A DNA stretch of 64,000 nt from Nageia nagi (Eukaryota; Plantae; Pinophyta). The notes under the pieces are model-generated. The model saw only the letters and a program-made list of their open reading frames with translations. It did not search any database and was not told where the DNA came from. The stretch spans positions 17,360,001-17,424,000 of the forward strand of contig JBITNC010000001.1 in the NCBI GenBank assembly GCA_050084985.1. The letters run 5' to 3'. Made by a program: the position numbers and the translations under genes. The stretch's first letter is position 1. Each line of letters begins with the position of its first letter. Positions 37,871 to 52,149 of this stretch are shown here, in pieces.

Positions 37871-38979
37871 TACATTAAAAATAAACATGCATTTGTACAT
37901 TAACATGTCACTAGTAGCCTAATGAGGCACGTTCTTGATGGCATGGAATAAGTAAAATTGGAAGAGTGATAAGAAATGTAAAGATGATCGAATGAATGAG
38001 TAATCATATAATGAATATGCAATAAAGATAAGAAATGATGTTCGCTTGTTACAAAAGTGATATTCGCAAGGGTCTCCCTTAGGTCTTATTCCTCATTCTC
38101 TCTTTATTTATCCTTTGTTCTTATCACAACTTCTGTAATATCCTATAGCCTTGATGATTATCTTCTATCTAATTTTCAATTGATAGAGTTTTCTCTTCTT
38201 CCTCTTTGGAGATCTCCTTTTAGTTGTTCTTGATGACTTTATATAGCAACACCTTTATTACAAGATTTGACCCTTAGGTCATGATATAATGGTCCATTAC
38301 ATGAAATGCATTACCTTTGGTATTTTTAACCCCTTTTTTACATAATACATCATTGAAGCTTTAAAATGAATTTTTTAATAAATAATAATTTATTTTTAGG
38401 CATCTACATTTTCCCCTCTTTGGAAGTGTGATTGAAGTAATGAAATTACATGTCCAAAGAAGAAGTGTAGAAGAAAAGTTTTTGAGAACTTTGAACTCTT
38501 TGTTGCATTGACCATTATTATTGATGATGACAAGGGTCCCTTATTGCCCCCTTTTGACTTGGATGTCCCAAGAAAGATCCTTGAATGGTGCAACTAAGGC
38601 AAAATCTAATGAAGAGTCTCTGTTTAGGAATGATGTTGTGAAGATGATGGAAATTACTATGCTATCAAGTAGCTGTATAGTTCCATATCCAATGTTGAAA
38701 ATGGAATATTTATTTTTTGCCCTTATATAGATTCAAACATAAATCTAATTGTTCCTTCAATTCTGAAGCTCAAGAACCGTTTGCACTTACATCCATGCCT
38801 TGAAATAGAAGGGATCCGCTTTGACTGTAGTGAAATGATAATGAAATGGATGCACCTAGTAGCATAGTGAATAGTGTTCATGCCATTGATGGCATGGAAT
38901 TATTTCTATTTTCTTTTGCTCTTCAAGATGTAGAAATGTGGAATGAAGTGTCAGTCATAAAAATGGGGTGGATGTAAAA

Positions 38980-39420
38980 TGAGTTGCATCATCCATTGAT
39001 GATGAGTCAATGTTAGCAATCTACTAGTGGCTACATTATTAATTTATCTTTTAAGTGAGTGAACTCTCACTAGTTGTATCAATGGCCATCAACGATCATA
39101 CATTTTATGTCTATGATCCAAATACATTATGCTTTGGATTGGTTCAAAACAAAAACTATATAGATACATAGTAAGTTGTATCATAAATTGATGATGAGTT
39201 AATGTCAACAACTTGCTTATGGTTTTATCATTCATTTACTTTTAAGTGAGTGAACTCTATGTCATTGGCCATCAGCGATCATACATTTTATTTCTATGAT
39301 CTGAAGACATTATGCTTTGGATTAGCTCAAAGAAAAATCATATAGATACATAATAAGTTGACATTCACTTATTATCGATGATCATACATTTTAATATTTA
39401 TGACCTAAAGACATTATGCT
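38980..39420. repeat. 191-bp tandem repeat in the 3' non-coding region of element A
   Basis: TTTTAAGTGAGTGAACTCT at 39049 and 39240; GATCATACATTTTA three times. Confidence 0.85.
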
Positions 39421-40526
39421 ATGTAGTAAGGATGAAATAAATATATTATTATCCTATAAGAGATACAATATATTCTCATGGAGGACCATGGCTACAAAAA
39501 TGATCATTAGTTTTTCAAGGAACTATGCTTCAAATCTATCATTCATATGAACATTTAATAAATCATAGAATCAAAAATATACTTGATTTTTAGTTGTTGA
39601 GAGGTTTTAAAATAGGAAATACATAGATTTTCAAAGAACACCCACACTATTGGAGACGTCAAATATGCCAAATTTTCCAATCCTATCTTCAACAATAGTG
39701 ATCGTTGTCCTGAAAATATGTCATTTCTACAAAGAGGTTAGAAAATAAAATCTAAATATAATGAAATATTGACATGCCCCAATTTAATAGATTTGTAGCA
39801 ATTTTAGGCTATTGATAGCATAAGATTGTCCTTTCTATGTGTAGGATTTTAGGCAACCCATATCACTTCTATTGTTGTATTATTTCAATAGTTTGCAATG
39901 ATAAGGTGATACTAATAACTTGTTGGCACAAATTTTAGAATATGTTCAAGATAGCAACATTTATGAATATTTGAAATTCATTATTCTAATGCACATTATA
40001 TTTTTGTAATAATTACATAGAATCATGAGCAAAATAAAAGGCAATAAATTATTTGAAAGTGTTCCCAATTTATCTTTTTCCATGCTATTGGTAGCGTATA
40101 ATTAATACAAATATTATTTAAAAATGCAAATACTATGTTTTCAATCCAAGATGAGTGGTAAGCATTTAAATTCATTTGTAGCATGAAAATTCTTATTTTA
40201 TGTGTCCAAAAAGGGATGTTAGGAACTTAATATATTTTCAAGCATTTTGGGCATATAAAATAATAATTTTGCAAGCTTTAAATTGGAAAAGAGAGATGCC
40301 CTGATTTCTAGGTCAAAAGGAAACCTATATAAGAGAATTTGAGAAAATAAAATATCATTTTAGCTTTTTACTTTCCTAAGTTAGTGCTCTAGTCATCTAG
40401 CCTCCCTTGTGCAATGAAGTGTTACTGGGTTGCCATTTTCCTTCCTAATTCCTACATGGATTGGAGTACTAGCTATTTGTTGGACCTTGGAGATCTTATT
40501 TCTTGGCATTTTGACTCATTCTACCC

Positions 40527-42600
40527 ATGGTGGATGGTGATTAGAGGATAATTCATTACCTAATTACCATAGATGTGGTCACATTGTGAAGCTACTATGA
40601 TCACTCCCCTATGACCACATGATGAGTTATTTTTTATTATGCAATTTTGCTTTTTCTCTTTTTTTTTTTGGAATTTTGCTTTTCCACATAGACTCAAATT
40701 TTGATTGATTTTTTTTTTGTAGGAGTGCAAGGTCCTCATGAGAGGAGATCCTATGATGATAGTTATGCTTGAGAAAGCATGAACATGGCTAAGTACCCCA
40801 CATATTCATAATATCTTAGACAGGTGTGGTCTTGCAAATTTGGTTGTTGCTAGGCATATCTAATAGGATTTACCTCTATTGATAGCACTAGCAAAGCATT
40901 GGGATCCTAATTGTTACACATTTCACCTACCCCTAGGTGAAATGTCAGTGACCTTACTTGATGTATACCATATCTGGGTATCAACATCAAGGGGAATTTG
41001 GTGTAGCAACAAGAGCTTATGGATAATAATATCCATAAGCAAGAGGCTTTATGGCTCATTGGTGAAGCAAATCACAACTAGGAGCATCGAGGCTTTTCAT
41101 CGTATAGAGATGTATCAATTTGCGCCAGTAGGCCATCATCTTTGGCTATATGTTGTAGCTATCATAGCCATGTACTTATGTCCAAACAAGAGCAGTTTAG
41201 CTTTTTTGGTCAGCCTAGTATGGATTGTTAGGTAGATTTACAAGTGAGGGACTTAGTTTACTTAGGGGCTAGTGGTTTTAGCATAGTTGTATAGATATTT
41301 ATACAACTTCTTGAGTGTTGAAAAAATCAACATCACAGTTACACATGTAGGTCTACTACAAGTTTGGGCTTATGAGCACATTACTATTGTGTGACCCATA
41401 GGGTTATAAGGGATTGAGAGGATTCGAGTGATAAACCTCTTGTGTACTATACCTCATGTGTTGGTGGATATAGATATCCACATTCCCTAAAGGCTTGAAG
41501 GAGGGATATTAATGGATTGTAGGTGATAGATCTTACTTGGGTGTGTTTTTAGGATTTCATATGGTATTTGGATGCACATCAACTTGCATGGGTCCAATAG
41601 CATTACTTTCTCCAAACTCAAAGAAAGATTATGGAGCCCTACTACCCTGGTCATATTTTATGATAATTTGGGATTCAGCAGAACATCCCACCCATGCCCA
41701 TAGCATACAGGTGGTACTTAGTGGAGAGGGACTTGCTTGCAGGATCATAGATGATTCCTACATGGAGGGCTACTTTAGAGGAGCCCTAAGTGATTGATGT
41801 AGCTACTCATGTGTTAATGGCTCCCAAGGTTGCCCTCGCTTATGTTGCATGGTGCATAGGAGTGCACCCAAGCAATATTGGCATGAGTGAGGATGATAGC
41901 AATAATCAAGCAGCTGCTAGTGAGGGATCAAAGGAGGATGATCCTTATCAGGTCAATAATCTAATCCATGATGTACCTCCCTAGAAGGGTGAGTGAGCAA
42001 GAGGTTTATCCATTATAATTATAGCTACCCCAACACTAAGTAAAATGCTAAGTCATATTTAGAATTTTATTAATTTTCATGTATAATTACAAAGTGTTTA
42101 ATCCAATTTTATTTGGGTAACTAGAGCTGTAGATAGCAGGATGGCTTCTTTGGAGGTAGAGGTAATGAGATTATGTTTTATGGAGTTATAGGTGGTGAGG
42201 TTACAACCTTTTTAGGCTAGCATTAGTAGTTTGTGATCCATGGAGGCCCAACTCACCACACTTTAGGCTAGTTTTATGGATAAGGATGCACATATTGCCA
42301 TATTAGAGCAATGTATGAAGAGATTATAGAAACACTTGACTATGCCTCCTTTATCCAAGGATAGATAAATAATATTAAGGTCAGGGATAAAGAGATCATT
42401 GCTTTAAATGTGAAGTATGGTTAAGAAAAGATCCTTTTACAAAGCCATGGTTTATCATTGAGTGGTCAAACTTCATCCTCAAGGGCTATCGATAGCAATA
42501 GCTGCATGGTCAGGTCTAAGACAAATACAATTAGCAGTGGTGGGAGTGCCCACCCAAGATTATAGGGCTAAGGCCCATCTTGTACCCTATGTATCATTTT
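40527..42600 (+). pseudogene. Spliced PMD + coiled-coil gene, copy A
   Basis: LIALAKHWDPNCYTFHLPLGEMSVTLLDVYHIW and LLQVWAYEHI match the PMD signature. TATA at 40324; exon 1 40527-40621 (decayed donor ATGAGT); acceptor tgtAG|GAGTGC at 40722; second donor GTGAGT at 41989; coiled-coil exon at about 42130-42590. Confidence 0.85.
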
Positions 42601-43258
42601 CTTCCTATATATATATGTATGTATGTATGTATGGAGTCAAAAACTTGTGCCAATGCAATGTTTTTTAGTTTTGTTACTTTTCATGAATGCTTTTATTTTT
42701 CTATTGCTAATTACTTAACACTAAAGACACATGAGTTTGTAATCTAATACATGAACCAATTTTTAGCCTAAGTACCAATTATGGATCTTTCACTCACAAA
42801 AAATAGAATAAATAATCACAATGAAACATATATGCAATATGACTAGTAATGATACCAAACAACCTAACCTAAGTGAATCAAGTTCCAAAGTACCAAAGGA
42901 ATCCAAATGAAAAAGTGCTAGTTTTTTCTAGTAGATGATATTACATCCAGCCTAAGACCATTTCATTATGTTCAACAATGTGTTTAGAAACTAGAAATAC
43001 TATCCTTGAAGATTTTATCCTAGGAAATGTACTCTGTTAGTGGCGTAAAGCAAGCCTTGCATGCTATTTGTGATGTATTTAGAAATTATCTAGGCTAGGA
43101 AGAAAAGTAACAATATAGGAACACATAATAATAGAACAAATAATGCACTGTACACATGTAAACAACTACTTACAATGCATGAAAATGCAAAAATACCTAA
43201 CCTAACTAATATACACTATATGCGAAGTTAAGGAAACTTAAGTAATTACTTTGCATAC

Positions 43259-44714
43259 CTAGGGAGATTTTTCTACCCAAATACACTTCGTAAAGGTAAA
43301 TACAAAAAGAGACACCTTTGGTTTAGCAATTTCCATGCTATTAGCATCATGCAAATAGTGTTGGACACTGTTAGTGGCATTCATTTTGATTCCATTTCTA
43401 ATTCTATTGCAAGGAGCATGCCTGTATCCATGATTGTTAGCAAAATAATGACATAATTCATTGGAAACACTCACCATACCAATGCAACCTCTTTGTTGTG
43501 AAGAAGTTAGTGGATTAGTGAAGATCCCTAGTTGTTCATTGTCAACATGTACAAGTCTTGCTTGCGTAGTTGGCTTAGCATCCATCTTAATAGCTCCTTT
43601 GTCAATGAAATCATGTATAATATGTTTGAGAGACCTACAATTACATGTTAGATGTCCAATTACCCTATGATAATTACAAATTTTTCATAGTGAAAATGCT
43701 TAGGTACACCATTAGGGAACTTGGGATCAACAACAAGAGGCAACTCGATAAGTTCTTCATCCAACAAAACATTAAGAATATTATCAACAATATCAGTCAA
43801 AGGAGTTAACTATCACCTATGTTTAGGGGTAGTTTTTTATTTATGAGTAACATTGTTTGCTTCAATCCTATTGGTATTTTCAGTGATTGATTTATGGCAA
43901 TGAGTGTTATTATTGTTCTTCATAGCATACAATTTTTTTATAGATGGCTCTTTCTTGATAACTATGTCTATCATATCTCCTAGAGATATATCATGGTTAG
44001 AGATGATGAATAGTTTATATATAGGCAAGAGACCATTTTTAAAATCATATTTTAGATCTTGTTTAGGCATAATGATTCTATTAGCCATTTGTTTCCACAC
44101 TTTTAAAAATTCCTTGACAGATTGACTAGGCAATTGCTTAATTTTGCACAAATCCTTAAAATAGAATTTCTTAGCAATATTATACCTAAATTTTTGCAAG
44201 AATAAATGAATCAAATCTCCATATCTATCAATGTTGTTTTGAAGAATATGAAAGTACCATTTTAGTGCCTCATATTTCAAACTATGGGAGAACAATTTAG
44301 CTAATAAGTCTCTATATGCATGTATTCAATAGCTTCTTCTTGGATCTTCCTAACATACATTTTAAGATCTTACATCTCATCAAAATTAGTAAACTTGACA
44401 CTCTTTCTCCCAAGAAGGATCTTAGTAAGCATTCTATCAGTTAGAGGCCTTTTGAGATAAGACAAGAAATCATCTTCATCAACCAAGATATTTTGAGGTT
44501 CTAAATTGCTAATATTGGTTGAGTTAAATTTTGGGGATGGTGGTGGGGTTTGAGGTGGACTGGCTATAAGGTTTATCTTGTGTCATTTTAAGTTTAGCCT
44601 TCTTTAAGGCAAAAAATGGACCTATGAAATTAACCCTCTCATGCTCTAATTTGTCCAAAGATTCAACTATTATTTCTAATTATTATTGCAAAGGTTCTTT
44701 GTACCAATTGGTAG
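43259..44714 (-). pseudogene. gag of element A
   Basis: LFSHSLKYEALKWYF, IKQLPSQSVKEF and knuckle CNYHRVIGHLTCNC. Ends at 43259 with no protease; colinear with the gag at 45483-47900. Confidence 0.85.
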
Positions 44715-45319
44715 TGTTATGGTTCATATTTCAATTTATCTTGAACATAAAAAAGTTTTATATTATTGCTAAAGGTCAGCCTTCACTCCTTTCCATGTCT
44801 TTGTAGGTTATATATATGAATGGAATAGGTTGACCTCCATAGATCAAAACTCTTTGATATGACAAGATCTTCAAAACTCTTTGATATGACAAGATCTCTA
44901 ATAGGTTATTGTCTTCCATAATCTTCATCAAGTAATGGTGTCTTTAAACACCATCTATTATGAGAAATTGTTAAACTCTGAACTCTAAAACTTTCTATCT
45001 TATACGCACTCCATAATTCTTTATATTGAACATTGTTAACTGCATGCATCTTGAGGATCAAGGGTTTTAGATTTTGGTGGTAGAGGCTATTGATCTAGGC
45101 ATACAAAAATCCATTATAATATCACCTCTAATTCGATCCCAATCCTTTGAAGATCCATTGCTATTTATTTTTGAGTATTACACATACACTTCATGTCAAG
45201 TGCATTATTTTCATGTATATATGTTGTATCTAATATAGTGTACATATCAAGATCTTATATTGTATATCATTTTATTTATTATGTATATACACATTTTACA
45301 CAATTTAGGGTCTACATTT

Positions 45320-45332
45320 TGGTGAACTCGAC
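45320..45332 (+). promoter_or_regulatory. Primer binding site complementary to tRNA-Trp
   Basis: TGGTGAACTCGAC matches TGGTGAACCCGAC (complement of the recalled plant cytosolic tRNA-Trp 3' end) at 12/13, 3 nt after the LTR end TCTACA. Confidence 0.7.
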
Positions 45333-45482
45333 ATTCTTACATACCTATATTCCATTCTAGGGGATCCCTTCTTAGGAGTTATGAATTCATTCATATTATT
45401 ATGTCTTCCCTTACCTGAGGTGCTTAGAGTAATGGCTTGAGAAAATTATAAAACTAAGGTTTGTTCTACCTATTTTTGAAAG

Positions 45483-47900
45483 ATGAATTTGAATGAAGAA
45501 CAACCTAGGGTTTCTAGAAGTAAGGTCCATTTTAATGAGATCAGTACAAGTGTTAAGGTTAACTATGATTTATCTATACAAATGCAGGATCCTAATCTTA
45601 ATGATAGAATGGATACTGATGAGGATAATGATACTAAATCTACAAATTCTAGCAAAATAATGGATATTATTGGAAATACCCCTAAAAGTTTAATATGTCT
45701 TTTAATGATTATGATTTTGATAATGTAATTCTAGTAGGCCATGGTGATACTTCTAATAGTAATGCTAAAATTGAAGAATTAGATAAAATTCCTAGACATG
45801 TTAGATCAATAAAGGAATTTCTATCTAATAAGAAAAAGTTGGAGTATCTTACTAATAATGTTGAAGAGGTTATAGATATCTTAAAAAATATGAGTTAGTA
45901 GAATTGGATCTTTCAAATCTACAATCCTTTGATAATTTATTTTCTTATGAACATGCAAGATCTATAAAATGGAGGGCTTCTATCATCAAGAAAAATGTCA
46001 TTAATAGGATGGACTATATGCAAGTTGCTAACATCATGGAAGCAGAATATCTTGAACCTTCAAAAAAGGTGATCATTGAGGAAGTTAATGAGGAGAGTGA
46101 AGTAGAGTTTGAAGATTATAATCCAAGTATGATTCTTGAGGGTTCTAATAGGGACAAAGGTAAGAACATTTTGTTTGATGATGAAACTACAAAAAATGTT
46201 GTTAAACAAGTTTCTATTGTAATTAATAATGCTTATGTACATAACCCTAATTGGTAAAAAGAAGAGTATGATATAAAGGTTGTTACTATTTTACAAGATC
46301 AAGAAATTGATTACTTTCAAAAGGCTAATGAAGTTCAACAATTAGATTTTATGTTGGAATTTAGTGATAAACTTGAATACGAAAGAGTACATAGGATTGG
46401 ACCATTTGTGCCACTAGAAGAAGATTAACTTAGAAGGGAAAAGGTAAATAAATTAATCTCTCAAAATAGAAATGCACCATCACAAAGCCCACCATCAACC
46501 CTAAATACCAATATACCTATAGAGAATAAGCCTATAGTGTAAAACCAACAACTAAAGTAACCTCCTATAGTGCCAAATAATGGAAAGACAATTAAGGAAA
46601 GGATTGATAACTTAGAAAAAGATATGCATAATGATGATGAAGATGATTTCTTATGTTTCTTAAAGGATCCATTGACTGATAGAATTATTTCTAAGTTGTT
46701 TGTTGGTAAAAAGAGTATGAAATTTACATAATTTGGTGATTTACAAGATCCAAAAATACATGTTAGAAAATTTCAAGAGGATGAATATGTTCATGATAGA
46801 GATATGCTTGTAAAATTATTTTCAAGTAGCTTGAAAGATGATGCATTGAGATGGTACTTTATTTTTCCTAAAAAAGAGTATTGATAAGTATGAGAAGTTG
46901 ATACATAAATTTCTAAAAAACTTTAGAAATTATATCACAAAAAAAGTTCAATTCAAGGATTTGTACAAAATTAAGCAATTACCTAATCAATATATGTCTG
47001 ATTTTGTGAAAGTATGAAATAAAATTGTAAATAAAATCTTTATGCCTGAGCAAGATTTAAATAATACTTTTGCAAATGCTCTATTACTTATGTATAAAAT
47101 ATAAGTTATCTAATAATGAATTGATATTAGCTGAAATGATAGATAACTTGCTTAAAAAGGAAAATTGTATCAAGAAAATGTATAAGAAACATTATCAAAA
47201 ATCTCAAATGTATGAATTGAAAGAAAATCCTCAAGTGTATGAAAAGAAAGAGAAACTAAAAGTTGCTACAACTAATGTTGATAGAAAGAAGACTAGACCA
47301 TAAAGGAAGTTTACTAAGTTAACTGATATTATTGATAATATTCATAATATGCTATTAAAAGAAGGTCTTATTGAGCTTCCACCTATGGTTCAGTATCACT
47401 TTCCTAATGGTATTTCTAAAAATTATAGATTTGAAAAATTTTGCAATTACCATAGGACACCAAGGAACCTAACAAAAAATTTAGGGTCTTAAGAAATATC
47501 ATTCATGATTTTATTAACAAGAAAGTATTTTAAATGGATAATATTCCTAAATTAGAAGGACCTGCACATCCTGATAATGGATAGTTGGAGATATTTACGA
47601 ACTCCTTACCAAAGTTAACTTAGCAACCAAAAAGCTTCATTGGTTCGTTAAGTACTTTGCATTATATGAACTATTATTTCTCTAATAGAAATGAATGTAC
47701 ACAACATCAATAATAAGCAAATAAGAGCTATGGTGAAGAGAAAATAAAACACCATGGTGAAACTTACAGAAAGAAGGTTGCTAATGATGTGCAAGACTAT
47801 CTACACATTACCAATGGCATAAATTATACCACTAAAAAGACACTTATTTTTGTACTTACATATACAAAATGCATATAGGTTGTTAAAGCATCCCAAGTAC
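45483..47900 (+). pseudogene. gag of element B
   Basis: DPKIHVRKFQE...MLVKLFSSSLKDDALRWYF, FCNYHR knuckle, LxIFTNSLP and a C-terminal FVLTYTKCI shared with element A. No downstream pol. Confidence 0.85.
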
Positions 47901-48613
47901 TTATATTCATTGCTTACATTTGAAAAATTGAAATTGTAGTGTACCATAAGCAAGTTATTTTCTAAATGATAAAATGTGTATTTTTCATTATCATAGTGAT
48001 CATGTGATGGTTTTATCTATGTTCTGGGTAAATTCTAGTCATTTCCTTCATATTTTTTCTAAAAATTCTTCAAAAATCATACTTTTAATAGTGTGCAACT
48101 ATTTTCATATCGTTAATAATGTGCATCTACAGAACTAGAACAAAAATAGATAGTATATCTTGTTTCTTTAAAGTTTGTTGAGATATTTTATGAGCATGTA
48201 ATCAAGTTTTAAATTGATTAAAATAGAAAAACTCACTTAGCTTCATGATTGCTTGTATATTGCAAATAGAGAATCATGTATTTAGTTCATTCATGAGTTT
48301 GAATCAAATAATGAAATTGAATATTGATTATAAATTAGTATGGATGTATTCATTAGGTTTGTTATTTACTTACATTCATTTCATAGGTCAAATTGTTATT
48401 TTGTGAAAATATGTGATGAAGTTGCAAATGAAAATGTGAAGTGGTATATATGGCTTGTTGTTTACAACTTTGAAACTTGTACTTAGAAATTCCAATTGCA
48501 AATCATATAGGTACAATTGTATAAGCAAGTAAATCATTCATTCAAATAAAAAAAAAGTAAAAAACTGAGCATGCATTCAAAAGTATACATAGAATTGGGA
48601 TCCAAATAAAGTC

Positions 48614-48621
48614 ATACATAC

Positions 48622-48665
<44 letters not shown>

Positions 48666-48687
48666 GTATGTATGTATGTATGTATAT
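48614..48687. repeat. Compound (TACA)/(TA)n/(TATG)n microsatellite in the PMD 3' UTR
   Basis: Seen directly. A shorter equivalent at 42607-42632 follows PMD copy A. Confidence 0.9.
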
Positions 48688-48719
48688 AACAAAAGGTAGA
48701 ACCATATCTCATTGTACAA

Positions 48720-50910
48720 TCAAGTGGCATGTACTACTACCACTACTACCTACCTTACTAGGCCTAGATAACCTCCTACTACCACTACTCTATATATAAA
48801 TGGACATCCCACTTGATACCTCACTAGAACTAATACCATGAGAGGCCATTATTGCCTTGGCTCTCTCATATTTACTCCTAAGTGTGATAATTTCATTATC
48901 ATGCTTCTCTATCTTATCCATCAACTATTGTATAAATGCCCATTACTCATTTGATGGGGGCATGTCTACCCTCTCCTGCAATCTCTTCAATGACTGATCC
49001 ATGGATGCTATTTGAGCATACCTCAATACAACTATGGTTTTAAGAGTCAAAAGTTGTGATTGTAAACCAAAAACCATAACCTTGAAGGGCTTTAGTCTCT
49101 CAATCTCTACCTTTAAGAAAGCAATTTGAGTGATCATCTCTCATGTAACACACATAGAAGTCATAGGTTAATCAATTATCCATAGTATGTTAACCAAAAA
49201 TTTTAAAAATACCATAAATCTATAAGTGTGTAATAGAGTTTTACCTGTTGAAGCAAGTGGTAGGGCTTCAACTAATGTATCCAACCATAGTGTTGGGATA
49301 GATGGATGCTCCTACATTGGAATATCATGCATAGGGTTGTCTACATTTTGTTCATCCTTATTAGAATACTCTTATAAGGGAGTGGCATCCATCTTCTCAT
49401 CCTCTTCCTCCTCATCAATACCTAACGGGTTGGTCTCACTATAGCCCATTATGCTACATATCCTTTGGTAGTGCCTGAATTCATAGAGATGGACTTTATG
49501 GGATCCATCATGGTGCAACCCATATCATCACCCATGCTGGCATAATCTATGCTACTAGTGGGACATCCCTCTATGCTCTCTATCTAATATAGTATATGGA
49601 GGTAGGTGGAATACCCTCCCAAATACCAAAATATTTCAACACATGTTGTGGTAAGTATAGTTCCATAAGCTTCCTTCTACTTTGAAGGAAGCATGGTTTT
49701 CTCACCCATGCCAATTGATAGGCATCCTCCTCCTATATGTAATCAGAATAAGAAACCCATACTAGGTCCTTTAGTTGTAGCATATTTATCTCTCATCGTC
49801 TACCCTCTAGTGTGTGTGGATATCTATATCCATAAAGTCTATAAATCCAATATGTCATAGTTATATCTATAAGGTCCTCCCTAGCTCTTTAGAATCCCAT
49901 TGGTCTGATCATAACAATCTTCTCATAGGCCCACACCTACAGCAAACTCGCATGTGTAATGGTAATGTTGAACTTATCAACAGATACAAAATTATGCAAG
50001 TTCATATATGGGTGAGCCAAAATAACAGCTTCCCAAGCATACCATATGCCCTTGGCACATATATCTTGTATAATCCAAACCATGCCAAATGGAAAATTTG
50101 AGCTACTTTTGTCTATAAAAAGATATGTAGAAATAATTAAGGCAATAAGGAGCCTTAGGTTCTTAGAAGGACATGAAAACTTGTAGGCTTTATGCAAGTG
50201 GGAGATCCTATGATCCCAATCATGATCCTCCTCTCCCATGAGCCACTTTGCATATCTCTATTTTGCCTCATTATCTAAAGCTTTGGCCTGCTAAACTAAT
50301 CACCCATGAATAGGTACACCCCATATTTGATATACATCAAGAAGTATGATAGTAATTTCACTTGGGGGAGGTGAAAGGTATTGGTATCCCATTCCCAATT
50401 ATCAACCAATGCTATGATAAGAGGGAGTCATTTTGAATATGATTAGCTATAGAAAGATCAATGAGACCTAACCTCATGAGGATATCATCCTCATGATTCA
50501 ATCTAGGCCACTCCTTGGCCTTCTTTAATGATGCAATAGACATGGCTCCACCCCTAATGGTTATGTTGCACTCCTGCAAAATTAAAAAATCAAAATTTAT
50601 ATTACCAATTGTGAGAACTCAAGCTATATAAACATGAAAAGTAAAATGCTATGAAAATCAAGTGCATAATGAAAATAAAATGTCAATTGGTCTTACTAGG
50701 GGCAAATAGAAAATAAAATAGAAAAAAATGAAACCCTAGGATTTTAAAGTAGACGAAATTGGGTAAAATTTGAAGCAAGAAGATGAAAAAGAAATAGAAA
50801 ATAATAAAAACTTACTACATGGTCAAAAGGAAGACTACATAAATACTCAATAATATGTCCTTTACATAATTCAAGGGCCTCTCCGCTGCATGACATCCAT
50901 CATTCACCAT
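48720..50910 (-). pseudogene. Spliced PMD + coiled-coil gene, copy B
   Basis: IIALVDNWEWDTNTFHLP..EITIILLDVYQIWGVP. Exon 1 50910-50816 with donor GTAAGT; acceptor tttgcAG|GAGTGC at 50574/50573; donor CAG|GTAAAA at 49245/49244; coiled-coil exon 49137-48943. Confidence 0.85.
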
Positions 50911-52149
50911 CTCAACAAGAAAGTGAGTAAATTAAATGGCTAAGGCAATGAGGTCAAAGCAAATCAATGGTAGAGAGAAGAAGTACATTCATAGTCTTTC
51001 TAGTGATCACCAAACACCATAGGGTAGGAAAATGATAAGAGTGAAATACCAAATGCAACCTCCTTTTTTATTCACTTTTCCACTAAACCCTGGCTTAAAT
51101 GAATCCCCTCTAAAAGGCCAACAATAGTGCTTACAAAGTAATGGGTTATGTGGGGAAAATGAATGAAATTATATTAATTGGTTATAACTTTTTTTTAATA
51201 TCAATTTTTTCCAATTCCATGTTGTTAATGGCATCCAAAACATGAAATTACCATACAATTCAACACATGAAGGTCATAAATGGTAAATATAGTGATATTG
51301 GGTGTTTACATTATGTATTCATAGTGAAATTGATTATGTTCTATTTTTCATGATTATTTATATTAAAGGCACATTATTAATAGTGTGATTTATAGAAAAT
51401 TGGTAAGCGATTCAAGTCCTACACTATGTTTCTATTTTCGTTGGTTCAAAATAGGTGCATATGATAGAAGTTACATGACAAAAAAGATGAAATTTTAAAT
51501 TGTCAAATTAGGTCAAAATAAAGATATGTGCAATTTTTTTATCTTTTCATAGACACATATTTTTGGAATATTGAATATCTAAATTGTAATTACTCAGTGC
51601 CAATTTAATATGCTCTTTTTTTGGATGTTCAATTTTATCATTTTAACGTTGCTAATAGTGTGATTAACACAAAATTATGGATTCTTTCAAATATCAATAA
51701 TGCTATCATGGTTTTAATAGTTCAAAATGGCTAATATTATGTTTATATGACTTATGCAGAGACCAAAGGCATACAGGGTCAAAAATGGGTCAAATTAATG
51801 CTTATGTAGAAAATTTTGTATTTTCAGAAAATGTCCTTTCATGATTTTTATGATGCAAAATGTTATTACTCGTTGTTAATTAACTGTGATTCAAGTTTGC
51901 AGACTTGATATTACTATGTTCACATTGTTAACAATGTGTGTCTCTTATAAATTCATTACAAATTATGTATGCTACAAATCCTTGAATATATATTTGAAAA
52001 TACCATTATTTCATAAATATCCATTGTAATGGGAATACTAAATAAAATTACAAAAGAAATGGTTATGAAATTCTATAAAAATAATGTTGTTAATGTCATG
52101 CCTTTACTTTAAAAATCAATAAAGTCAATCAATTTAATGAGATCAAATA

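Larger units (their letters stand above)
37977..44714 (-). mobile_element. Element A: gag-only LTR element with antisense PMD gene (5'-truncated)
   Basis: 432-bp 3' LTR at 37977-38408 with TGTA..TACA ends and an internal TATA; PPT at 38409-38422; long 3' non-coding region; PMD gene on +; gag on -; no pol. Confidence 0.8.
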
